46,018 nt of DNA, from positions 1 to 46,018 of the forward strand of contig CAYVLC010000001.1 in NCBI GenBank assembly GCA_964452155.1, in the 5' to 3' direction. This document shows positions 8,268-17,953 of the stretch, piece by piece. Both the position numbers and the translations under genes were made by a program. How positions within the stretch are numbered: the stretch's first letter is position 1; each line of letters opens with the position of its first letter. This DNA comes from an uncultured Dysgonomonadaceae bacterium. GTDB taxonomy: Bacteria; Bacteroidota; Bacteroidia; Bacteroidales; Dysgonomonadaceae. The notes below the pieces were generated by a model, which made no database searches, was not told where the DNA came from, and worked only from the letters and a program-made list of their open reading frames with translations.

Positions 8268-8482
8268 TAAATAGTTGAAAATTAAAAGTTTCTAGTTGAC
8301 ACTTGAAATAGGGACTAAAAACACGGGCGAAGCGGATGCGACAGATGAGGAGGGATAAGTTGATTTAATTGAGTAACTCTTGAAAAAACAATGGCAACTA
8401 GCACTCCCCCAAGTAGCACTGTATGTAGTATATTGGTATCCCTTCCACCCCCCCCCATTGCTCCGTTAGATGCAAGCTGTTG
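8268..8482. repeat. Second copy of the composite intergenic repeat, plus a hairpin-tail unit
   Basis: AATAGTTGAAAATTAAAAG, TTGACACTTGAAATAGGGACT, GGCAACTAGC and GCACTGTATGTAG are colinear with 905-1110. A hairpin-tail unit GCTCCGTTAGATGCAAGCTGTTG lies at 8460-8482. Confidence 0.55.
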
Positions 8483-8544
8483 TTACGTGTAAAATAAAAT
8501 TTTACTGCTAACTCACACTACTCTAAAAGTGACAAAAAAACAGA

Positions 8545-8588
8545 CAAAAAAACCTCTGCTCTATGCAATTAGAGCAGAGGTTTTTTTA
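8545..8588. terminator. Bidirectional rho-independent terminator
   Basis: Perfect 10-bp stem CCTCTGCTCT/AGAGCAGAGG (8553-8580) flanked by an A-run and a T-run. It lies between the convergent TrmH and GH109-like genes. Confidence 0.85.
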
Positions 8589-8655
8589 TTGTTGGTAGTC
8601 TTTTACTACTTCCTAAATAACATGAAGTAAAAGGGGGCATCACATTTTGTTGGTG

Positions 8656-10065
8656 TTACTCTGCAAATGCGTGTCTGAATCCATCAATTTTGTTCCATCC
8701 ACCACGTGTGAAATCTGGAATAACTACAGGAGCACTATGGTTTTCGAGAGACAATGCTGTGAGCGGAGCCAATGAGCACCATTCTGCAAGATCGTAAACA
8801 TCCATGTCTAATGGTAGTCCGTTTTGCAGGCAATAGACCAAACGATAGTCCATGATGAAGTCCATGCCACCATGTCCGCCCACTTTCTTAGCTTGCTCTT
8901 CTAGTTCTTGGTGAATGGGGTGTTTGTATTTTTCCATCAATGCATTTTTCACTTCTTCGGGCACATAAGCGTGTGCACTTAAATCTTCGTGATTTGCAGC
9001 CACGTCACTATTTATCTGAGATGCTTGTAATGCATACCCTTCTTTTGGATATTTGTTTGCAAAGCCTTTTGTGCCAGTAAGTTGATACATGCGGCTGTAT
9101 GGGCGTGGAGATGCAACATCGTGTTGGATATGGATTGTTTTTCCTTTTTCAGTTTTAATCATCGTCATTGTGTGTTGTCCATTTTTGAAGTCTGTCACCT
9201 CTTCGCCTCGAACTTCTTTGAGGTAGTTTGGAATACTAACAGGTTTGCTGTCAACAGCCACTAAATAGTTCATTTTGTCGCCACGGTGTATGTCTAGTAG
9301 TTGGCAGGCTGGGCCCATTCCGTGAGTTGCGTATATGTCGCCTCTATTGTTTTTGTTATATTCTAAACGCCAATCGCTTTCGTAAGAGTCCCAGTACTCT
9401 TCCAGTTGGTGAATATAAGCCCCTTCAGTATATAGCACCTCGCCAAATACGCCTTGCTGAGCCATATTGAGTGTTGTCAACTCAAAGAAATCGTACACAC
9501 AGTTTTCTAATTGCATGCAGTGTTTTTGAGTTTTCTCTGCTGTGTTGATAATCGCCCATATCTCTTCTAGTGTCATAGCCGCAGGAACCTCACAGGCTAC
9601 GTGTTTGCCTTGCTCCATGGCATAGATCATCATTTCGGCATGGTGTTTCCAGTCTGTAGCTATATAAACTAAGTCGATATCGTCTCTTTGGCACAATTCT
9701 TTCCACGATTCTTCATCGCCACTATAACCAGCTGCTGCCGGGCGACCAGCATTTTCGAGAATCGTTTGAGATTTTTCAACTCTGTCGGGATGTAGATCGC
9801 AAAGTGCTATAATTTCTACTCCAGGAATGTGAGTAAAACGTTTTACTGCACCAGGCCCACGCATACCTAAACCGATAAATCCTACACGTACAGTTTCTAT
9901 TTTAGGTGTAGTTAAACCTAATACATCTTTTTGTCCCGATGGTCTTGTAGGCACCTTCGTTGTCAATGGTTCATAGTTGCCGTTAGTTTTGTTGTTTTCG
10001 CCAGTTGCCATGGTGCATCCGGTAAACAAAACAGCTAACATGATCAAGTAAAATAACTTTTTCAT
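8656..10065 (-). CDS. GH109-like NAD-dependent glycosidase (Gfo/Idh/MocA fold) lipoprotein
   Basis: 469 aa. It has a lipoprotein signal (LFTGC), a Rossmann motif (VGFIGLGMRGPG) and ENCVYD and EGAYIHQL strings resembling alpha-N-acetylgalactosaminidase family 109. Confidence 0.78.
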   Translation of the reverse strand: MKKLFYLIMLAVLFTGCTMATGENNKTNGNYEPLTTKVPTRPSGQKDVLGLTTPKIETVRVGFIGLGMRGPGAVKRFTHIPGVEIIALCDLHPDRVEKSQTILENAGRPAAAGYSGDEESWKELCQRDDIDLVYIATDWKHHAEMMIYAMEQGKHVACEVPAAMTLEEIWAIINTAEKTQKHCMQLENCVYDFFELTTLNMAQQGVFGEVLYTEGAYIHQLEEYWDSYESDWRLEYNKNNRGDIYATHGMGPACQLLDIHRGDKMNYLVAVDSKPVSIPNYLKEVRGEEVTDFKNGQHTMTMIKTEKGKTIHIQHDVASPRPYSRMYQLTGTKGFANKYPKEGYALQASQINSDVAANHEDLSAHAYVPEEVKNALMEKYKHPIHQELEEQAKKVGGHGGMDFIMDYRLVYCLQNGLPLDMDVYDLAEWCSLAPLTALSLENHSAPVVIPDFTRGGWNKIDGFRHAFAE

Positions 10066-10109
10066 TTTTTTTGTTTGGATTGGTTATATTATTAATAAAG
10101 TTTTAAAAT

Positions 10110-10128
10110 GCTGCCGGCAGATTGTAGC
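10110..10128. repeat. Hairpin-tail repeat unit (GCTGCCGGCAGATTGTAGC)
   Basis: CTGCC/GGCAG palindrome followed by ATTGTAG, the same architecture as the other copies. Confidence 0.4.
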
Positions 10129-10260
10129 GTTTTACATAAGCAGTAGAACAGACCCTACAGCCTTATAATAGGGTGTCTTTTTTATTCTATTGCTAGGTGT
10201 AGTTGCAACAATATTTAGTGCCATCTTTAGTTTTTTGTGATTTTGATAGAGACTAAAGTA

Positions 10261-10268
10261 CAAATATA
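10261..10268 (-). promoter_or_regulatory. Possible -7 box (TATATTTG on the minus strand) upstream of the GH109-like gene
   Basis: Plus-strand CAAATATA. It lies about 195 nt upstream of the start codon, so the assignment is weak. Confidence 0.3.
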
Positions 10269-10371
10269 AAGAATTTTTGGATAGTGTGATGTTAACGAGT
10301 GGCTTATTTAATTGAAACAAGTATTTTTGAAATAGAGTAAAGCTGAAAAAGTTTGCTATTGATTGATACGA

Positions 10372-11775
10372 TTATTTAGAGTAGAACGGAAAAACCTCGG
10401 AGTCAGTTCTTATCGATTTCAATTTATTGTACATTTCAATTGTCTTTTCTTTCTCTGCGTGTACCAAATTGTTGCTCTCTGCTACATCGTTGGCCAAATT
10501 GTAGAGTTCTACTTTCTCTTCTTCTGATGTAGCATCTAGCACAACCATTTTCCAATCGCCTTGGCGCAATGCCAATCGTCCGCCGCCTTCGTGAAACTCC
10601 CAATAGAGAAATTTGTGTTGTTTCTGATTGCCCTTGTTCAATAAGGTGGGAAGGAAAGAGATTCCATCTGTTTGCTCACCAGCGGGCAGTTCTATATTGG
10701 TTATATCTGCCAGCGTGGGCATTATATCCCAAAATGCGCTAATGTGATTGGTTGTAGTTCCGGCTTTAATATGGTTCGGATAGCGTACAATCATAGGCAC
10801 ACGTATGCCTCCTTCGTATAGGTCTCTCTTTACACCCCTTAGTGGGCCTGAGCTATTGAAAAACTCAGGGTCGGCACCACCTTCCATGTGTGGCCCATTG
10901 TCGCTTGTGAATAGTACAATTGTATTGTCATCAATACCAAGGTCTTTTAGTTCTTGCATTACTTCTCCCACGTATTTGTCGAGTAACGACACCATAGCTG
11001 CAAACGAAGCCCGTGGTTTTTCGCTATCATGATATCCTCCGGTATATGGTGTCTCTTCAAACATATCTTCGTAGATGTGATAGATGGAATCGTGTGGCAA
11101 GTTCAATTCGGCATGTGGCAGTGTGTAAGTGAGCATAGCAAAGAAAGGTTTGTCTTTGTTGTTGCGTATAAATTGAAGAGCTTCTTGATGAATCAATTCT
11201 TGCGAATAGGTGTTGCGACCTCTATTCAGATTGGCTTCTAGGATGATTTTTTCTTCATTTTTCCACAGATGTTCCGGATAGTAGCTGTGAGCCATGCGTT
11301 GGCAATTGTATCCGTAGAATTCGTCAAAGCCCATTTTCTTAGGTGTAGATGTCGATTCGGGATAGCCTAAGCCCCATTTTCCGAAAATGCCTGTTGTGTA
11401 GCCTTCACCTTTCATCATTTTGCCAATGGTATAGGTGTCTCCTTCCATGGGTTGTTGGCCTTCGGGCACAATCTCTTTGTTTCCTCTTATTTGAGTGTGT
11501 CCTGTGTGCATTCCTGTCATAAGTGATCCGCGCGATGGTGCACTCACTGTGCTACCTGAATAGTGCTGTGTAAACAACATACCCTCACTGGCCATTTTTG
11601 CAAGGTGGGGGGTCTTTATTATTTGTTGTCCATAAGGTTCTATGTCGCCATAGCCTAGGTCGTCAGCCAAAATGTAGATCACATTTGGTGTTTGTGGCTG
11701 TTCTTCTTGTGCTGTGTTGCATGCGTAAAGAGGAGCAAAGCAGAGTATAAGGCCTGTTATATTTTGTTTGTTCAT
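10372..11775 (-). CDS. Sulfatase (Ser-type formylglycine motif) lipoprotein
   Basis: 467 aa. It has a lipoprotein signal (PLYAC), a metal site (ILADDLGYGD) and the maturation motif S-A-P-S-R (STVSAPSRGSLMTG). Confidence 0.9.
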   Translation of the reverse strand: MNKQNITGLILCFAPLYACNTAQEEQPQTPNVIYILADDLGYGDIEPYGQQIIKTPHLAKMASEGMLFTQHYSGSTVSAPSRGSLMTGMHTGHTQIRGNKEIVPEGQQPMEGDTYTIGKMMKGEGYTTGIFGKWGLGYPESTSTPKKMGFDEFYGYNCQRMAHSYYPEHLWKNEEKIILEANLNRGRNTYSQELIHQEALQFIRNNKDKPFFAMLTYTLPHAELNLPHDSIYHIYEDMFEETPYTGGYHDSEKPRASFAAMVSLLDKYVGEVMQELKDLGIDDNTIVLFTSDNGPHMEGGADPEFFNSSGPLRGVKRDLYEGGIRVPMIVRYPNHIKAGTTTNHISAFWDIMPTLADITNIELPAGEQTDGISFLPTLLNKGNQKQHKFLYWEFHEGGGRLALRQGDWKMVVLDATSEEEKVELYNLANDVAESNNLVHAEKEKTIEMYNKLKSIRTDSEVFPFYSK

Positions 11776-11822
11776 TGTTGTTTTGTTGTTATAATTATGA
11801 TGTAATTTGATTTTAGTTTTAA

Positions 11823-12546
11823 CTATCTGTTTTCGCCAAATTCAGTTTGTTGTTTCTCTACTTCTTGTGGGGTATGGAGATTTTTTTTTGACGCTCCACG
11901 TTTCCTCTATCTTTATAAATTTCTAAGCGTTGGTGATGTGCACAGGGTTTATACGTTACTAGCTAAACATCTCTATAGTTGCCACCCATGTAGGTGAAGC
12001 AGGGGTCTTTTTTGGGGTTTGCCTGGAGGGATATATTGGGTCGTCGCTATTGTCTTCACATGCAGCAACTACGTTGTCTTGCTCCGAGTTAAGCATAGTC
12101 GATAAATCTATTACTACGGGTAAGTAGCCACCAAAATGTACTTTCACTAATTCACCATTTATATATACTTTGCTCGTATCCATATTGGCCTCAAAATGCA
12201 AAAAAATCTGTTTGTCTTGTATCTCTTTCTTTGGTATAAAGTGCTTGCGATACCAAACATCTCCTTGATAGTTTTTGCTCCCACTTGTTACAACGGGAAC
12301 AATTTCTATACTATATGGTAACGACACAACATTCCATTCTAAATCGTCGTACCCTGTTGTTTGTTGTAGATTGTTGTCGATATGAGCTTTATGGAAGCGC
12401 CATGCTGGATTCATGGAGAAGACATCGCGTCCTGAGTTTTCCATTTTAAAAAATCCTACTGTTGAAAACTGTGGTACCTCATTATTTGCTTTTGTAGATG
12501 GCAAGTTGAAAAAGATAACAGCCAAGATTAAAACTAATTTCTTCAT
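11823..12546 (-). pseudogene. Decayed N-terminal remnant of a GH2 beta-galactosidase-like gene
   Basis: ORF 11959..12546 encodes a signal peptide and a GH2 sugar-binding domain. After DNSDDP, the conserved strings YIPPGKPQK, FTYMGGNYRDV, NPVHITNA and LHTPQEVEKQQ appear in shifted frames, separated by stops. The remaining 600 or more aa of a normal GH2 are absent. Confidence 0.8.
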
Positions 12547-12640
12547 ATTTTGATAGACTTAAGAAAATACTTTGAGGTCTATTTGTGCTGTTTTAGCATT
12601 TTGCAGACAGTGTGTTAATATACAATAGATAATTAGTATA

Positions 12641-12648
12641 CAAATATA
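12641..12648 (-). promoter_or_regulatory. -7 box (TATATTTG on the minus strand) upstream of the GH2 remnant
   Basis: Plus-strand CAAATATA, 95 nt upstream of the ATG at 12546. Confidence 0.4.
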
Positions 12649-12771
12649 GACAATCTTTATAATTATGCAACAACACAGTTATGCATTTAACTTTGTAGAT
12701 TTAAAGCTATTCTTCCTATTGTGCTAATGATAGGAAGAAAAAAATATCAGCAGGGTGTTTTATACAGCGCT

Positions 12772-12797
12772 ACCTCTAAGAGGTCAAATGTTGATAG
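12772..12797. repeat. Hairpin-tail repeat unit (ACCTCTAAGAGGTCAAATGTTGATAG)
   Basis: ACCTC/GAGGT stem with a TAA loop, followed by CAAATGTTGATAG. Compare GACCCCAATGGGGTCACATGCTTGTAG at 1077-1103. Confidence 0.5.
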
Positions 12798-12941
12798 CTC
12801 ACAATGAATGATAACTTAACGAGCACCTCGACTGTAAGAACTTGGAATGAAGTGTATCTTCTGTAGCAGGTGAGGAATGAAAGCCTATCTCTCTCGAATC
12901 GTAATTTCTAATTCGTAATTGTATCTTGAATTTTAAACAAT

Positions 12942-12982
12942 AAAAAACGAGACAACTTTAAAATGGATAGTTGCCTCGTTTT
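12942..12982 (-). terminator. Rho-independent terminator after the GH3 gene
   Basis: On the minus strand, AAAACGAGGCAACT pairs with AGTTGTCTCGTTTT (one mismatch) and runs into further T residues. It begins 27 nt past the stop. Confidence 0.75.
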
Positions 12983-13008
12983 AATTAAAAGAATGAAAAA
13001 TAAATATT

Positions 13009-15378
13009 TCATCTATAGGGAGTATCCCATATTTTTGTTTCTGTACATGTTGTCTTAACTGTTTGGTCGCCAACCTGAATCATAAATTCGCCCTCTTCTA
13101 TTGTCCATTTACCATCGGCATTCACAAAAGCCAGATTATCGGCATTAATTGTGAAGCTTACAGTTTTGCTTTCTCCAGGTGCAAGCGCCACTTTATCGAA
13201 TGCACGCAATCTGCGAACATCGGGTGTAAGAGAAGCTACTAGGTCGCTTGAGAAAAGCAGTAGAGACTCTTTACCTGCCACTTTACCAATGTTTGAGATA
13301 TCTACACTTACAATAATATCTTCGCTAGGAGCGAACTCCTTTTTATTTATTTGTAAGTTGTTATATTCAAAAGCAGTATAGCTCAATCCAAATCCGAAAG
13401 GGTACTGCACTGATGTTTCTGCACCATAGTTGTAGGCTCCTTCCATTTTTTGGCCTAAGTTTTGGCTTGGCTTATGGTCATAAGTGATAAGACTTTGCTC
13501 AAACTTTGGATAAGTATAAGGCAGCTTACCACTTGGATTCACATCACCTGCAAGCACATCTGCCAATGCATCGCCACCATAGTTACCTGGAAGATAGGTA
13601 TGAACTATTGCTTTTGAGCCTGGTTCTATTTTACGAATCAAACGAGGACGTCCTTCGTTGAGCACAAGAATAACAGGTTTACCTGTCTTCTGTAATGCCA
13701 AAGCCAACGCTATTTGATTGTCCGACAAGGATAACTCCTCTAAATTACCTGGAGTTTCGCAATAAGAGTTCTCACCTATAGCGAGTACAATGTAATCTAC
13801 ATTGGTTGCAGCATCTACTGCCCTATTTATAGTAGGATCATTTTCCTCATAATATTGTCCAGCCATATTGTAAGTTACACCCTCTTCTAGCTTCACATTG
13901 TCGGCACCAAACTTGTTGCTCAAAGCTTCGTAGATAGTATTGTATTGCGCAGCAAACTCTTCTGTTTTTTCGCCTTGCCAAGAGTAGCTCCATCCACCAT
14001 TAAGCGTGCGCATAGAGTTGGCATTAGGGCCTGCAACTAATATCTTTGCTCCCTGTTTGATAGGAAGAATATTGTTTTCGTTTTTCAATAAAGTAATTGA
14101 TTCATCTGCTGCAGCTTTTGCAACAGCTTCGTGCTGTGCACTTCCAAAGTTAGGATAGTCGTGACGCGACCAATAGGGCTTGTGGAACAGGCCTAAGCGG
14201 AATTTCATTCTAAGTACCCTACGAACAGCATCATCTATACGTTCTTGTGATACCTCTCCCGATTTTACCAAGTCGACCAAAGTTGGTGAAAACTGCAGGT
14301 TGTATGGCTCCATCACCATATCGATACCCGAATTGATTGATACCCGAACAGCATCTCTGTAGTTGTGCACAATATGATCGCGACTCAGTAGGTTTTGCAC
14401 ATCGGCCCAATCTGTTACTACAACACCATCATAGTCTAAATCTTCCTTCAACCACTGAGTCAGTAAACGATAATCTGCATGCGTAGAAACTCCATTTATC
14501 ATTCCCGAGTTAACCATTATCGACAAAGCATTGCCATCGACAATAGCAGCACGGAAAGGCTCGAAGAACTTTTCGCGCAAATCGTTTTCACTAATGATAG
14601 CTGGAGTACGGTCTTTTCCAGAAACAGGTGCACCATAACCAATATAGTGTTTTAAACAGGCTGCAACATGATTTGCACCAACTGCGTTGTGATTGTCACC
14701 TTGATAACCACGAACTACAGCAGTACCCATTTCGGCATTCACATAAGTGTCTTCGCCAAAACTCTCCCAAATACGCGACCAACGCCCATCGCGACCCACG
14801 TCCATTGTGGGAGAGAAATTCCAAGGGATATTACTTGCACGGGTTTCGTAGGCAGTAATCTTAGCACCTTTTGTAACCAAATCTCTATTGAAAGTAGCAG
14901 CCATTCCTATTTCTTGCGGAAAGAATGTACCGCCAGCAGTATAAGTAACTCCGTGTATAGCATCTATTCCATAAACAACGGGAATACCTGTCTCTTTGAT
15001 AGCACGTTGCTGGATAGCTTTTATGGTTTGCTCCCACACCTCAGTGGTGCGTGCACGATTGTTTGCTGTATTAAGAATTGAACCAACTTTGTACTTTCCT
15101 AGAATCGTATCAAGCATTGCATGATTTAAATAGAAAGGCTCATCGCTAGTAAACAAATCATCTCCCGCACCAATTACATCTAGGGTATATTGCGCCATTT
15201 GACCTACTTTCTCTTCAAGTGTCATATTGGCCAACACACTATCTACACGATATTCTATGTAGTGTTTTGTGGTTTTGATGTTGCTGTTTTGTGCTACACA
15301 CAATAGCGTGATGCTGACGACGCTTAATACAAAGATAAATCTTTTAATTATCATAGTCTGGATTTTATTTTTGCTCAT
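13009..15378 (-). CDS. GH3 beta-glucosidase-like exo-glycosidase
   Basis: 789 aa. It has a signal peptide, an N-terminal EEKVGQM string, a nucleophile region (GVVVTDWADV) and a C-terminal Fn3-like domain. An alternative ATG at 15354 would remove the 14-nt overlap with the GH16 gene. Confidence 0.9.
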   Translation of the reverse strand: MSKNKIQTMIIKRFIFVLSVVSITLLCVAQNSNIKTTKHYIEYRVDSVLANMTLEEKVGQMAQYTLDVIGAGDDLFTSDEPFYLNHAMLDTILGKYKVGSILNTANNRARTTEVWEQTIKAIQQRAIKETGIPVVYGIDAIHGVTYTAGGTFFPQEIGMAATFNRDLVTKGAKITAYETRASNIPWNFSPTMDVGRDGRWSRIWESFGEDTYVNAEMGTAVVRGYQGDNHNAVGANHVAACLKHYIGYGAPVSGKDRTPAIISENDLREKFFEPFRAAIVDGNALSIMVNSGMINGVSTHADYRLLTQWLKEDLDYDGVVVTDWADVQNLLSRDHIVHNYRDAVRVSINSGIDMVMEPYNLQFSPTLVDLVKSGEVSQERIDDAVRRVLRMKFRLGLFHKPYWSRHDYPNFGSAQHEAVAKAAADESITLLKNENNILPIKQGAKILVAGPNANSMRTLNGGWSYSWQGEKTEEFAAQYNTIYEALSNKFGADNVKLEEGVTYNMAGQYYEENDPTINRAVDAATNVDYIVLAIGENSYCETPGNLEELSLSDNQIALALALQKTGKPVILVLNEGRPRLIRKIEPGSKAIVHTYLPGNYGGDALADVLAGDVNPSGKLPYTYPKFEQSLITYDHKPSQNLGQKMEGAYNYGAETSVQYPFGFGLSYTAFEYNNLQINKKEFAPSEDIIVSVDISNIGKVAGKESLLLFSSDLVASLTPDVRRLRAFDKVALAPGESKTVSFTINADNLAFVNADGKWTIEEGEFMIQVGDQTVKTTCTETKIWDTPYR

Positions 15379-16204
15379 AAACTCTCACGTAATCAATCAT
15401 AAACATGTGTGGAAAAACTGAATCGTCGACACCTTCCTTACCTCCCCAGTTTCCTCCAATTGCAAGGTTTAGCAATAGGTGAAATCTTTTATCAAAAGGC
15501 CATTCTTTAAAACCTGTTTTTTCGTTTTTGAATGTGTAATAATGGTTGTCATCCACAAAAAGGCGGTATTCGTTTTTGTCCCATTCAAGTGCATACAGAT
15601 GAAATTGAGTATAAGAAGTTGGAACATAAATAGATGCAGATTTTTGAGTGCCCTTTGTGTGGTTGTAGCTTTCTGTATGAGCAGTGCCAACAATGGTGTC
15701 TGGGTCGTAGCCAACGTTTTCCATTATATCGATTTCGCCACTTGCTGGCCATCCGCCATATTCCCAATCTGTAGGTAGCATCCATATGGCAGGCCAAGTA
15801 CCCAAGCCCGATGGGAGCTTTGCTCTAATTTCGAAACGACCATACAGCCAGTCGCCTTTTCCTTTTGTTATTAATCGGGCCGATGTGTATTTTTTGTCTC
15901 CCATGCTATCTATCCGAGCAGTGATGGTGAGAATACCATTTTCAACAAATGCATTATCGGTATTGTGAGCTGTGTAATGTTGAGCTTCATTGTTACCCCA
16001 ACCATACGCATTGCCTTTGGTGTCGTAACTCCATTTTGTTGAGTCGGGCAAACCATCATAATCAAATTCATCGTTCCAAACCAGTTCCCACGAGCCTGAA
16101 GGTGTGGTTATCTTTTCAAAAGAATTTCTTGTTTTGTTTTCTTTACTGTTGCAAGCAAGTAGTATGATTGTTGTTGCAATAATTATAAGTTTTTTTCTAT
16201 ACAT
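15365..16204 (-). CDS. GH16 endo-beta-glycanase lipoprotein (laminarinase-like)
   Basis: 279 aa. It has a lipoprotein signal (ILLAC), the catalytic ExDxxE motif (GEIDIME) and GWGNNEAQHYT and YVRVY strings. Confidence 0.9.
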   Translation of the reverse strand: MYRKKLIIIATTIILLACNSKENKTRNSFEKITTPSGSWELVWNDEFDYDGLPDSTKWSYDTKGNAYGWGNNEAQHYTAHNTDNAFVENGILTITARIDSMGDKKYTSARLITKGKGDWLYGRFEIRAKLPSGLGTWPAIWMLPTDWEYGGWPASGEIDIMENVGYDPDTIVGTAHTESYNHTKGTQKSASIYVPTSYTQFHLYALEWDKNEYRLFVDDNHYYTFKNEKTGFKEWPFDKRFHLLLNLAIGGNWGGKEGVDDSVFPHMFMIDYVRVYEQK

Positions 16205-16250
16205 AAGGACATAAATAAATTATTATCTGAGTGGTTTTACCTGTCGAAAA

Positions 16251-16318
16251 AGAAAAGACTAAAGATGATTAACACGGGCTAAGGTGCTGATATTAAGATT
16301 TTATCATTAGTCTTTTCT
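16251..16318 (-). other. Intercistronic stem-loop between the susD-like and GH16 genes
   Basis: Perfect 12-bp inverted repeat AGAAAAGACTAA / TTAGTCTTTTCT separated by 44 nt, inside the 172-nt gap. Confidence 0.6.
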
Positions 16319-16376
16319 TCAATAATATAAAACAAGTAGATGTGTAAATTCAATTGAATACTTAATGTCTATAAGT

Positions 16377-17909
16377 TTATTTTAAAACCCACATAAGTTT
16401 ATTTATTTCGTCATAGCCATCGTATTGACGTTCCAAGGCCTCAATCAAATTTTCGCGATTATAATTTGTTTCGGATGCTGGATATAACCAACGCATTGGA
16501 ATTGCATTTTTGTCGTTTTCGTTTAAACTACTACTCGGATTAATTGGAAATTCTGGAAATTTGTTGCGACGATATTCAAAGAAGCTGCTTTGAGAGTCTT
16601 GAAAAAACTGCAAGATGTATCGTTGCATCCAAATTTGTTTCAGTTGATCTGCTGTAGAGCTTTTAAATGTTGCTTCTCCAGTAAAATACCCATCAATGTA
16701 TGCATCAGTTATTGGCATGCCATGGGCATAGGTTGCATTAACAATCATTATATCTCTTAGTGCAGCTTTCACTCCCTCTTCGTAGAGATTTTTTGCATTA
16801 CCCGAAATCCATCCTTTGATGACAGCTTCTGCCAGAATTAATTGTTGTTCAGCAAATGTCAATATTCGTTGTGGGTCGCTTGCCTCTTCTTTCAAATAAC
16901 GATTGTTTATGAGAGAGTACTTGTTGCTGCTGTGCCCAGAATTCATTAAAGTGTAATCTATTGAAACATCAACTCCTACATAGGCGTCTGGGTCTGATTG
17001 AGTTTTACCTTCACTTATGAGTGCACCTGCTGGTTCAGCAAAATAATACATACGTCGATCATTCAGAATCTTTAAATTGTCGATGAGCAATGAACTAAGT
17101 ATTGTGCGGCTTGTGAAAATATTATTAGTGCCCGAAAGCGGGTGTTTGTTTTGAGATGAATAATTTAAACCGAAAAATCCAGTTGTATTATCTAGTATAT
17201 TTCCTGCTGCAACAATTTCCGCGAATCTAGATTTTAGATTAATTGAGCCAACAGTTTCTTTTTTGCTAATTGTCATCAATACTTTTAGTGTAAATGAGTT
17301 TATAGCTTTTCTCCATTTCACAGGATCGCCTTTATATGGTGTGGGATCGCCATCAAATTTTTTACTATTAGCAAAGTATTGATCTGCAGCTTGCAATTCT
17401 TTTAAAACATCTTCTAAAACTTGCTCCTGTTTGTCAAACTTAACTTTATACACACCGCTTGCTCCTTGGCCGGTTTCACTGTAGGGAATGTCACCCATTT
17501 CCATGGTCATTTTATAGAATATGTTTGCTCTCACAAAAGCACCAATGCCACGATAAGAATCTTCGGCAGGATTGCCTTTTGCATATTCAATCATTTTCTC
17601 GATGTCGGGGAGAATAGTCATGCTACCAAAACTACTAGCTCCAATTTTATTATATTGAGCATCCAACTGACCTTCGTTTGCATAGCCCACATATTTAGAG
17701 AGGGCATTATCAGCAATAAATGCTTTTCCGTCTTTCCCTGAAAATTTTGTGATTTCCAAGATCACGTTTGTTGCAAGAAGTGATGCGCTTACTTTTGTTG
17801 TGTCATCCGGATTTGTGTTTAAATCATCGAAATCATTACATCCAACTATCATTATAAGGGACAACAACATCATGCTTGTTATTTTGATATATCTTTCAAT
17901 TTTTTTCAT
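16377..17909 (-). CDS. SusD/RagB-family outer-membrane lipoprotein
   Basis: 510 aa with a lipoprotein signal (IMIVGC). It lies immediately downstream of the SusC-like gene and has typical SusD length and composition. Confidence 0.9.
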   Translation of the reverse strand: MKKIERYIKITSMMLLSLIMIVGCNDFDDLNTNPDDTTKVSASLLATNVILEITKFSGKDGKAFIADNALSKYVGYANEGQLDAQYNKIGASSFGSMTILPDIEKMIEYAKGNPAEDSYRGIGAFVRANIFYKMTMEMGDIPYSETGQGASGVYKVKFDKQEQVLEDVLKELQAADQYFANSKKFDGDPTPYKGDPVKWRKAINSFTLKVLMTISKKETVGSINLKSRFAEIVAAGNILDNTTGFFGLNYSSQNKHPLSGTNNIFTSRTILSSLLIDNLKILNDRRMYYFAEPAGALISEGKTQSDPDAYVGVDVSIDYTLMNSGHSSNKYSLINNRYLKEEASDPQRILTFAEQQLILAEAVIKGWISGNAKNLYEEGVKAALRDIMIVNATYAHGMPITDAYIDGYFTGEATFKSSTADQLKQIWMQRYILQFFQDSQSSFFEYRRNKFPEFPINPSSSLNENDKNAIPMRWLYPASETNYNRENLIEALERQYDGYDEINKLMWVLK

Positions 17910-17953
17910 ATCTGTTCTTATTTATAAGATTTCTGTAATCTATATTTTAATAT

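Noticed and set aside
8448-8456. C9 homopolymer as a phase-variation switch
   Set aside because: It lies between convergent gene ends (TrmH and the GH109-like gene), not in a promoter or reading frame, so length changes would have no obvious target.
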